Assembly: GCF_006345805.1 (NCBI RefSeq)
Contig: NC_043007.1
Coordinates: forward strand, 31,868,001-31,932,000
Origin: Octopus sinensis
Taxonomy: Eukaryota
Direction of reading: 5' to 3'
Length of the DNA: 64,000 nucleotides
Part shown: in pieces, positions 33,801 to 45,800 of the stretch
Numbering within the stretch: position 1 is the stretch's first letter
How the letters are laid out: every line of letters starts with the position of its first letter
Translations under genes and position numbers: made by a program
Notes under the pieces: generated by a model
What the model saw: only the letters and a program-made list of their open reading frames with translations
The model's database searches: none
What the model was told of the DNA's origin: nothing

Positions 33801-36800
33801 CGACCTCGCTTGATATTTGATAGCGTGAAAGACATACAGGTGTATTAAATAAACCTCATTTCTCAGCACTGCATAGCAAGGAAAAGAAGATTTTAGTGCA
33901 GTGATTTCTCAACTGGGGTCCACATAACTTAAGGGGGTCCATATAAGATTTTGTTGTTAAAAATTTACGAGCAATAAATTGTTTATACTTCTATAATACA
34001 CAAAATGTTTTAACAATTTTTTAATTCCTAATAACATTTAATTATAAAAATATAGAATTTTCTAAACATCAACTGACTAGGAGGGTTCATCCGAGAAAAA
34101 AGTGGGATCAAAGGGGTCCATAGGTAAGAAAATGATTTTGAGAAGGACTGGTTTGTCCCCATTTACCTCAATATCCGTCTTGAGTTTCTGGTAATGAGCA
34201 TCAATTGCATCCATGCGATCGTTTCCATCATCCCCACCTTTCAGTAAATTGTAGGCAACTTCAATTTCCAACAAATTATCCAACATTTCGATTTTTTGCT
34301 GTGTAAAAAAAAAGACAAGAGGTAAATGCATTGATTTCATTTAAGACTCTCACGCTTTGGAAATTCTAGCTTACATAGTGGGTCACCCGTATACAAATAA
34401 TCCTCTGGACAACCAAATTGGATAGCAAACAGTTTTAGCGCTTTCTGTGGCCATGCTGGGGTACCACCTAGAAAAATTTCTAGTCAAATGAATCAGCTCC
34501 AATACTTAGCATTTTTTTTTAAAAACCTGGTACTTATTTTATCAGTCACTTTCGCTGAACTGCTAAGTTGCAGGGATGTAAACACAACAACACCACTTGT
34601 CAAGCAGTGATTGGGGACAAACACAGACACACACACACACAGTAACTGGGAACCTATTCACTTAGTAACCTCAAATTTGAACAACAAACCATCAGTAGAC
34701 TACACACACGTTAAGTAGCTGAGAGGAAAGCAGATACAAATGGGACAGCAATACATACATTTTATAGCAAACAGTTTTTCTGAAGGAATCTATATTCAGC
34801 TAACAAGCTGAAAGTTGAGTAACAGACTACAAATAGATTAAACACACACACACATGAGTGGCTGGGAGACCATGTATAGATGGTTCACTAATGTCTGTGT
34901 ACATATTTTATTTAACTTGCAGTTGCTCTTATTCTATAGAGTGAATAATATTCCTCTTATGTTTTGCTAAAATTATAAGCTTAGATCTACAGAAGAAAAC
35001 AAAAGGAAAGCATGTGTATGCATACACACACACACACACACACACACATATTTTTATGTATTGTGATCCCTGTGATGGTGGCACGTAAAAAGCACCATCC
35101 GAACATGGCCGATGCCAGCTTCTGTGCCGGTGGCATGTAAAAAGCACCAACCGATTGTAGCTGTTGCCAGCCTCCCCTGGCACCTGTGCTGGTGGCATGT
35201 AAAATGCACCATCCAAACATGGCCGATGCCAGCGCCGCTTTGACTGGTGTCCGTGACAGTGGCACGTAAAAAGCACCCACTACACTCTCGGAGTGGTTGG
35301 CATTAGGAAGGGCATCCAGCTGTAGAAACATTGCCAGATCAGACTGGAGCCTGGTGCAGCCTCCTGGCTTCCCAGACCCCAGTCAAACCGTCCAACCCAT
35401 GCTAGCATGGAAAATGGACGTTAAACAACAATGATGATGATGATGATGATGAATGGACAAATAAAGCCTCTTTTCGTGTCTGTGTGGAGTCTGAGTGTGA
35501 CCAGGACCAGATTCCCCATTTCTATGAACTTCAGTTACTCATGGAACGAACAATTTGGTTAAAGAAATAAGATTCCAGAATGGATCCTATTCCTATATAG
35601 AGATTCCACTCCATGTATTAACCCTTTAGTGTTCAGATTACTCTGTTAAACGTAATACTTTTTCACTCAAATTATTTTGAATTAATCATGCATTATCTTA
35701 TAGCTTTGAAGTTTCAATGATGTGAATGTTTATTTTTAGAATGTCAATGTAGGTTAGGTGTGAGAGGCTAGATATGGCCAGTTTGAATATAAAACATGTA
35801 GAATATATTGGGCCGGATTTGGCCGGTTTAATCACTAAAGGGTTAAATAAACATAGAAAAAAAATGTTCTGTAAAACAATATATAAAAGTGAGGCATAAA
35901 ATGCTTCAAATTGTTATTACCTTAATTATTTCAATTGTGTCCAATAGAGGGGGTTTGTTCAAACCAAAGTCATGAGGTATTAAAGTGTAAAAACGGTTGG
36001 AAGCATCCGAAAACAAGGATACGGAACTTTTCTTATCAACCAACTGAAAAATAAAAAGAATAGAATTAATTTTGTTTCATCACAGAACAGATGAAGAATA
36101 GAATGTGAAGAAAACATCTTTATCTTGGTGGCCGGTGGCATGTAAAAAGCACCATCCGATCGTGGCCGTTTGCCAGCCTCGCCTGGCACGTAAAAAGCAC
36201 CCACTACACTCATGGAGTGGTTGGCGTTAGGAAGGGCATCCAGCCACAGAAACATTGCCAGATCAGACTGGGCCTGGTGCAGCCTTCTGGCTTCCCAGAC
36301 CCCAGTTGCACCGTCCAACCCATGCCAGCATGGAAAGCAGACGCTAAATGATGATGATGATGATCGGAAAGTTTGACAGGAGCAGACAATTCAGAAAACT
36401 TCACAGGGTCCCAATGTCCGCTTTGATATGGTTTCTATGCCAACCACTTTACAGAGCATACTCGGAGCTTTTTAAGTGGCACTGGCACCAACAAGGTTGC
36501 TAAATAACTTGCAAGACCAGACCCCTCCACTGAAGCAAGTAGGACTATTGAAGGGGGTGACTCTGAGCCAGGACAACGGCATCAAATGTTTTTCCATCAC
36601 ATCTTCTATTTGAAAACTGTCCTCAAAAATAGTCTCCAAACCCATCAGGTAAGCTACATTAATTCAGAATGACTTTATCAATAGAACAGGTGATGATATT
36701 CTGTATTTCTCTTAATATAATCTAGTTTTAATATTAGCTCAAAATCCGAGAGGTTAAATTGTTAACCTTTTCATTCAGATGTATACACTATGTCCCCTGG

Positions 36801-39800
36801 GAGTAAAAGTTTACTCGGGGCAGTGGGTTATATAACACTGTAAAAATGACAGAAACTATTGGTTTCAAATTTTGGTACAAGGCCAGCAATTTCAGTGGAT
36901 GGGGTAAGTGGATTACATCAACCCCAGTATTCAACTGGTACTTATTTTATCAACCCTGAAAGGATAAAAGGCAAAGTTGACCTCAGCAGAATTTGAACTC
37001 AGAACATAAAGATGGACAAAATGCCGTTAAGCACTTTTCCCAGTGTGCTAACAAGTCTGCCAGCTTGCCGCCTTAATAACACAGAAAATATTTTAAAACT
37101 TTTATTTAGCATTTGATTTAAGCAATCCCATTAAAAAGATGCAGCACGGAATTTTCTCAGTGAAGAGGTCGCGGTCTCAAAGCGATGAAAATATTTTGAC
37201 AAATTAAATTTAAATGTTGAAGTGAATCTAACGGTTTTTGTGTGTTTTTAAATGGCTTATAAACACCTTCCACGCTGCAATTGCTTTCGTTCCACAGCAC
37301 ATGATCTCAAATCAGGTCACTTGCTATGCAAGTACATCTCCGTAATTTATTAATATCTATTAGAGAGAAAATAATTCAGTCTGACTCCTGCAATAATGGA
37401 AAAGTAGACATTCTACGAAGATGATGATGAAGAATATATCAAAAACATACAAACCTCTGTAAGTTCATTCAGTACTTTGTAAGCAGATTCTATTTGCTTT
37501 TTAGACAATTTCCCAAGAGGCATTTTTTTCAAATCAATCTAAAATAAATTTTAAAATCCAAGAATCAGTTACTTCAGAAAATGAATAACACTTTCTATAA
37601 AAAATATTCCAATATTTCTCTTTTCTTTCTAATTTCCTAAAGTTGCTGTTGATAATAATATTCTATTAGATTTGCAAGAATTGGAATTTCACTGATTTTA
37701 AGACAACCTTTTAGCATTCACATCAGTCTGTCAGAATAAAATGGCTTATTTATTCACAATGTTTTGAATTAATCAATCATGATCTTGTAGTTTCAAGATT
37801 TTTAAGAGGTGGTTGTATATTTTTAGAATGACAATGTAAGATGTGAGGCTAGATTAAGCTGGTAAGAACATAAAAACAGGTCAAATATTTTTGGACAGAT
37901 ATGACCAGGTGAAATGCTGAAGGGTTATAATATCTTTCGTGTGCCCAGGGAGATGGAAATATGGAGCGATTAAAGCTAAGCTTTCAGGAGGGGGAAAATA
38001 AAAAAACAACAGTTTGTAGATTTCCAAATAGAGAATTGTGTCTGAAGGAAATAAGTGGAAGGAAAAACAAATTCAGTTTTTAGATTACTGAGAAAGTTCT
38101 GCTTAGTTTTCCCCCTAATTCATTCTAGACATTGGTCAGCAAATCATTTCTCCAGTAATCCTGGTTTACAGCAGAATCTCCAGCATCTTCCCAAATTAGT
38201 TAACCTCCAGAAATAACGAATCAGAGTATGAAGAACGTTAAAGACATTCATACAAGCCTTACGTAAATCATGAAATCTAGTGAGAGAGAGATGATGGACA
38301 AAATTAACCTCAACTAGGAAAAGACTAAATAAATATTGAAGACATCTAAATTCCAAAGTGCTGATCTGTTTACAGTTTGACTACAATAAATGTTAAGAAC
38401 AATCTCTGCTGCTCAGTAAGAGTGTAAAAACTGCAACCTTCTGCTAAGCCATGTCATGCATGTGTGGCAGAATAGGCTCATCAAACCAGTTTGATCCCAA
38501 ACTCAAATTCAAAGCCTCCACATCAGAACATGGTTGGTGGAGAAATCAGACTGAGGCCTTCGTCCCGCAGTGGACTCAACACAGGTAATCCTATCCAATT
38601 GCAAGAACAATTCTATCATTATCTAACACTCCATACTTAGATGAAAATCTTCAACAGATTCTTTACTTACCTCAAACTCCATCATCGCCCTTTTCATGCT
38701 TTCAATATCAAAAATCATACAAATAAGATCTTGAATGGATTTGTGTAATGTGGAAGTGCTTTTGCTCAAGTCCAATTTCTTTATATTATCATCATCCTGA
38801 AAAGTAAACAACAAATAAACAATAAGTAAAACAATTCCTGGTATTAAACCAACTTATCACAAAGACACAATTTTCAAGGTGGTTGATGCCAGTACCACCT
38901 GACTGGCTCCCATACTGGTGGCATATAAACAGCACCATTCGAGCGTGGTTGATGCCAGTACTGCCAGACTGGCTCCCATGCCGGTGGCACGTAAAAAGCA
39001 TCATTCGAGTGTGGTTGATGCCAGTAACTGCCAGACTGGCTCCCATGCCGGTGGCACGTAAAAAGCACCATTCGAGTGTGGTTGATGCCAGTAACTGCCA
39101 GACTGGCTCCCATGCCGGTGGCACGTAAAAAGCACTATTCCGGCGTGGTCGATGCCAGTACCACCTGACTGGCTCCCATACCGGTGGCACGTAAAAAGCA
39201 CTATTCCAGCGTGGTCGATGCCAGTACCACCTGACTGGCTCCCATACCGGTGGCACGTAAAAAGCACTATTCCAGCGTGGTCAATGCCAGTACCACCTGA
39301 CTGGCTCCCATACCGGTGGCATGTAAAAAGCATTCAAGCGTGGTCGATGCTTGTACCACCCAACTGGTGGCACATAAAAAGCACCATTCGAGCGTGGTTG
39401 ATGCCAGTACCGCCTGACTGGTTCCCATACTGGTGGCACATAAACCGCACCATTCGAACGTGGTTAATGCCAGTACCACCTGACTGGCTCCTATACTAGC
39501 ATTGTCGATGCTAGTACCACCTGACTGGCATCAACCGTCAGTGGTGGTTAGGGCATTGTGCACACAATCACAAAATTATGGTTTCAATTCCAGGACCAGC
39601 TGATAATTCAGTTCATGTAGCCTCAGTCCACACACTTGCAAATGAGTGGTGTCTAATTCAAGAGGATTGTTGCGATCTTGGTCCATTTATACATCATGGG
39701 AACTGGGAAACCAGCCTTATGAGGTCCGTGAGGGGGTGGATTTGACAATGTGATGTGACGACGACAATGATAACAACGACGAAATTCTAATTGAAATATC

Positions 39801-42800
39801 AGCCAAGTTAATTAAATAGACAAAAAAAAAATGCAAATCAAACTTTAAAAACAAGAGAAAAAATATTTTACCTGTCCATAGTCTATATCTAGAGGATAAA
39901 ATTTATTGGGAAACTTCTGGAAATTATGCCTTTCCCACCAATGATTGTTGGTTTTCTTGAAATACAAGTCTTTAAATTCCTGGATGGCCGCAGCGCGGTA
40001 ACTAAATGATTCTTTTTTGTTATTCCCAATTGTTGTGCCAACACGGCCCCACGACCGAAAAACCCACCAACTGAAAAATAGCCAAAGAATACATTTTGTT
40101 AAGTAAAAATAATAACAGAAAGGAAGTTTTAGAGTCAGCTCCTACATAGCTGTGGATCTTAAGATCATGGTTTCAATTCCTAGACCAGGCAGTAGGTTGA
40201 ATTCTTGGACAAAACACTTCCTTTTACATTACTCAACAATCACTGACCCTTATTCATTCACATTGATTTGAATTAATCGTGTATTAGATAGAGACGCAAG
40301 TAAAATTAATAATAAAGAAACGAAAATAAAACTTTGGAAACAGCAACACCACCATAACTTATATGGAAACCATGAGCATGCTTTCAGGGGAGATAATCAG
40401 AGAAAGACTTGAAAGTCAACATAAGACTATAACACTTCATGTAAAGTAAATATAGCAAATAATCCAGAATCCTTGTCCAGTACCAGATCAATCCCCAAAT
40501 CTAATCAGTTCTTGCCAGTCACGAGGTCAAACATTCCTGAAAGTTTCATCTGAATCCATCCAGCAGTTCTTGAGATATCTTGTCCACGGACAAAAAAACA
40601 AACACAACTGAAAACAATACCTCTGCCTTTGCTAAGGTGGAAGTAATGTTTCATTTGACAGAGTAATCTTGCTAAAGGGTTAAAGATTGCGTAAAACCAG
40701 AAAGAACAGAATTTAATTTTTGGGGGTGGTAAAATGTAGCCAGCGCCGCCCGACTGGCCTCCGTGCCGGTGGCACGTAAAAAGCACCATCCGGCCGTGGC
40801 CGTTGCCAGCTTCGTCTGGTCCCCGTGCCGGTGGCACATAAAAAGCAGCATCCAATCGTCTGGCACGTAAAAAGCACCCACTACACTCACGGAGTGGTTG
40901 GCGTTAGGAAGGGCATCCAGCTGTAGAAACACTGCCAGATCAGACTGGGCCTGGTGCAGCCTTCTGGCTTCCCAGACCCCAGTTTGAACCGCCCAACCCA
41001 TGCCAGCATGGAAAGTGGACGTTAAATGATGATGATGATTATGATGATTTAACTTGTACAAACTTTATACAAAGTGATCACAAAATTTGATGATGTTTGA
41101 CCAAAAATTTGAATTCTTTTCACCTTTGAATTAAATAACACCTGAAATTCATTAATTAATAATTTCATTTAAATTAAAAATGATCTGACTTACCCGCTTT
41201 TTTTATCAGATTCCAAGGCTTGGAGTTTGTAGTAAGAATTAGTTCCAGAAGTAACATCCACTAAGCCTAGTACAGCGTTATAAATATCTCCACCATCTTC
41301 TATAACATGAGCAGTTTTTGCCAGTTCTGGTAAGAAAAACAAATTAAATGTAACAAATTACACCAAAATATTTAAATGAATAATTACTAAATTAACTAAT
41401 TATTTTTTTTAAAACCATCTCCTTTTAACTAATTAATTTTATAATCATTTCCTTATGCTGAAGCAAATAGAAACTGGGAACTTTCTTTGTGATTATTATT
41501 CCATGCTGGAATAAACTGGCGGGGGTTTTTTTTTTGGTTTGTTTTATCCATTAGCAAAATATTCCACGTTGTTTTATGTTGGAACCAGCCAGATCAGGCC
41601 TCTTACACCAACCCTCCAATGATATTCTACAAATAAATAGTTACTGCATCAACATCTCAAAGCTACAAGATAATGCATGATAAATTCAAAACAAAATGAA
41701 TAAATTAACATTACAGTTGATGGAGTAATCGGAATGCTAAAGGGTTGATGCTTAGATATGTTGTTCAATACTAAACAATCAAATGTGACAGTTCAATAAC
41801 CAATCAAATGCAACAGTTTAATAAACTAACCAATCAAATGTGACAGTTTAATAACTAACCAATCAAATGTGACAGTTTAATAACTAACCAATCAAATGCA
41901 CAGTTTAATAACTAAACAATCAAATGTGACAGTTTAATAACCAATCAAATGCGACAGTCTAATAATCAATCAAATAATGTGAGTTTAAATTGATCAAATG
42001 TGACAGTTTACTACTAACTGATCAAATGTGAGTGAAGGAACATGGCTAAGTGGTCAGGGTGTTGCACTCACGATCACTAGGCCATGGATTCAATTCCTAG
42101 ACCAGGAAGTGTGTTTTGCTCTTGGGCAAAACACTTCATTTCATGCTGCTCCAGCCCAATCAGCTTTAAATGAGTAACCCTGCAAAGGACTAGCATCCCA
42201 TCCAGTGGGAATGTTGAGATTCCAGTCATTTATATGAAATAAAAACTGGGTAACTGATCCTAAGAGCACTATGACTCGAGACAATTATGTCCAGGGACTG
42301 ATGCAAATGGATCAACTGTGACAATCTTCAGTTAGGTTAAAGAAATCACAAGTACTAATGAAGTGTATATCTGTTTCTTTATTACCCACAAGGGGCTAAA
42401 CATAGAGGGGACAAACGGATTAAGTCGATTACATCAATCCCAGTGCATAACTGGTACTTAATTTATCGACCCCGAAAGGATGAAAGGCAAAGTCGACCTC
42501 GGCGGAATTTGAACTCAAAACATAACGCCAGACAAAATACGGCTATGCATTTCGCCTGGCGTGCTAACATTTCTGCCAGCTCACCTAATGAAGCATATAC
42601 CTGATAGCCAAAATTAAGACAGTCTCACAGTGGCTTTGAGAATATCTTTCTAATAATATATTCAATATAAAATGAAAATCCAACAAAATTAACAGAAATG
42701 AAAATCTAGCCCCTTAGTCATACTAGCAGACATTTCTGTCTCCTGGAATTTACACCTGTCTTCTGTAATTAATTCATCTTGGAGAGAATAGTCTCCAAGA

Positions 42801-45800
42801 GATAGCAGCAATTTCTTATGTTCCTCACTTGAAACAAAAACTAAAAATTTCAGAAAAGAACTTCCATACTTGAGTCTGGATCAACAGCAGCTCCTCCTTT
42901 CACCATCATCTTCAACTTATCTGGGATGCTTTTCGTAAAATGTGTATCTACAGAGAAATAAAATAGCAGTTTTAATTAAAAAGTTTAAGTTATAAAATAG
43001 GAATGTGAAGTTTATGTTATGGTAGCTGAAAGAAATATAAACGACTTTATTTTATCTATTCTTTTTTTTTCTTCTTTGACTTGTTTCAGTCATTTGACTG
43101 CAGCCATGCTGGAGCACCACCTTTAAGGGTTTTAGTCGAAGAAATCAAACCTAGGACTTATTCTTTGGAATCCTAGTACTGATTCTTATTGGTAGCAATA
43201 GTGGAGGGACAAACACAGACATATACACATATGTGTGTGTGTGTGTATATATATATAGCACATGAAAAACAACATTTGAGCAGTCGTTATCAGTGCTGCT
43301 GGACTGGCTCCTGTGCAGGTAGCACGTAAAAAACACCTTTTGAGCATGGTCATTGCCAGAACCGCCTGACTGGCCCTTGTGCCGGTGGCATGTAAAAGCA
43401 CCCACTACACTCTTGGAGTGGTTGGCTTTAGGAAGGGCATTCAGCTGTAGAAACTTTGCCAGATCAAATTGGAGCCTGGTGCAGCCTTCTGGCTCACCAG
43501 TCCTCAGTCAAACAGCATGGAAAGCGGACATTAAACAACAATGATGACATACATGCATATATCAGGTTTCTTTCGGTTTCCATCTATGAAATCCACTCAC
43601 ATGGCTTTGGTCAGCTTGAGGATATAGTAGAAGACACTTGCCCAAGGTGCCCCGCAATGAGACTGAACCTAGAACCTTGTGGATGAGAAGCAAGCTTCTT
43701 ACCACACAACCACAAGAAAGATAAATTTGTTTCAGTCACTGTAATAATTACTTTTAATTAAATACTTATCATAAATGCCATTTCACCTATCAAAGAAAGC
43801 TATTAAATCTAATAAAATATTTGAAACCAAGCAGAATAATGCCTCCTTACATAAAAACAATGTATTCAACCCAACCTGACCCTTTTTAGGCTAAATTCTA
43901 CAAATTTAACCATTGAGCTCCTTACATAGTAAACTGACAGTTTTCAACTTGCTTCATATTATAAGTAAATAGATGAAACAAATAATCTAGTGCTCTTAGC
44001 TTAGATTTTCCATGGGGCTGGCCAGATTGGAGCAGTCTCGAGTATAACCAGCCGAAACTGCGAAGATGATCTGGAACTCAACTGAGGAAAGACAGGCTTG
44101 CAAATTTTCAGTATTAGTTTTTACCATTAGATGGGATTCTTACTTTCAAACAGAATGGTCAGGAAGCTTGCTTCTCTACCACACAACTATGCCTACATTG
44201 GCGGGTCTATAATGGCATCAAAGTCCCAAAGAGATTCAAACAAATATGAAACTCATATCAAATCAAAATTACCATTTCTAGGATTGCTAGCTCCACTTTT
44301 AGAAACGTATGGCACAATTATTCTTTTTTGTGGCTGTAAAAAATTTAAGACAATAAAGAAAGAAAAGATAAGTTGATATAGCAAAAAAAAGAATGGACAG
44401 AGTCAAAACTATTGAAAAGGTTGCAAGACGCAACGAAAATTTTAGGACAATAAAAATAAGAAAAACGTGGAAATTTTACCGGTGAGGGTGTTAAATATTA
44501 AGGCACAAAAAGAAAATGACTCTCCCCAGACACAATAGCAAAAAAAAAAGTTGATATAGAAAAGATAAGTTGATATAGCAAGAATTTTAAAGGATTATGT
44601 AGTTCTGTCAGATAATACTCATCAAAATATCTAAAGAAGATATAAAATTATAATTGAAACAACAGACAATCAAATTGAATAATTTATGCAAAATCTTCAA
44701 ATTAGAGAAAAATATTTATGAAATCTTACATCGTCTCCCCATGGAGCCAAATTGTGTTTCTGGATCATTAAAAGTACTCCTCCTTTCTTCACATCCTCAA
44801 GAAATGCTGTACTCACAACATGGACTCCAGCTTTTTTGGCAGCTTTTATTTGCTTATTTGGTTTAGTTATCGACTCTGTGAAAGGAGCAAAGAAAAAAAC
44901 ATGACTCAAATATGAAGACCAGATTACGTCACATAGCATGCAGTTAATATTTATGGAATATGAAAATTAAAACAAAAAGGATAAAGCATCTGTAGTGTGA
45001 CATGTTAGCACTATTTTGTTGTGGCAGCATAGCACAGCCATGCTTTGCTCATTTCATCCATTAACTGCTGTCTGCGGAAGGACACATGTGGCAACTTCCA
45101 GCAAAAAGTAAAACCTAGTCTTTTCAAGCATTTCGAGAGAGTTGCTGTTGACGTATTAACATGACTGTCACAAGCCGTCCAGTGATTATTAGCACATGTA
45201 ACAACATGTTGACATTTATTTTATACACCACACATCTTGCAACTCAAGGATTCACAACTCATTTAACCTTGGCAGCATGCTAACCAGAGAGGATATTATG
45301 CCTTAGTTAAGTTTGTCTAACTCACCTGGCCATCTCCCTACACCTGAAAGTACATATTCATTTTACACATTATTTTTTGTTCAAACATTCACATACATAC
45401 TGCCACTCATACAAGCGTGTCCTCTCCTTAAACCTTTAGCATTTAAACCGGCCATATCTGGCCAAAAGTATTCTGCCTGGTTTATGTTCAAATTGGCCAG
45501 ATCTGGTCTCTCACACCAACCCTACAATATCGTTTTAAAAATTAACAGCTACCTCATCAAAATCTCAAAGCTGCAAGATAATGCCTGATTAGTTCAAGGC
45601 AATGTGGATGAAAAAGGATTAATTTTGGCAGAATAATGCGAACTTCATACATTCGCCTTCTGATCTGATTTTCTTTCATCACTCATTCAATGAACCTTGC
45701 TACCAGTCACTACAATATAAACCTCACTGAATTTACTCAACATTGTCACAATGGTTGGGTGGAAGTTGCCACATGTATCCTTCCATAGACAACAGTAAAT

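Noticed and set aside
38413-38483. C/D-box snoRNA-like UGAUGA...CUGA on the - strand
   Set aside because: Weak terminal stem and no recognisable rRNA or snRNA guide complementarity.
38880-39536. CRISPR-like appearance of the 66-bp array and its long overlapping ORFs
   Set aside because: There are no unique spacers (whole units repeat), no cas genes, and the context is a eukaryotic intron. The ORFs arise because 66 is a multiple of 3.
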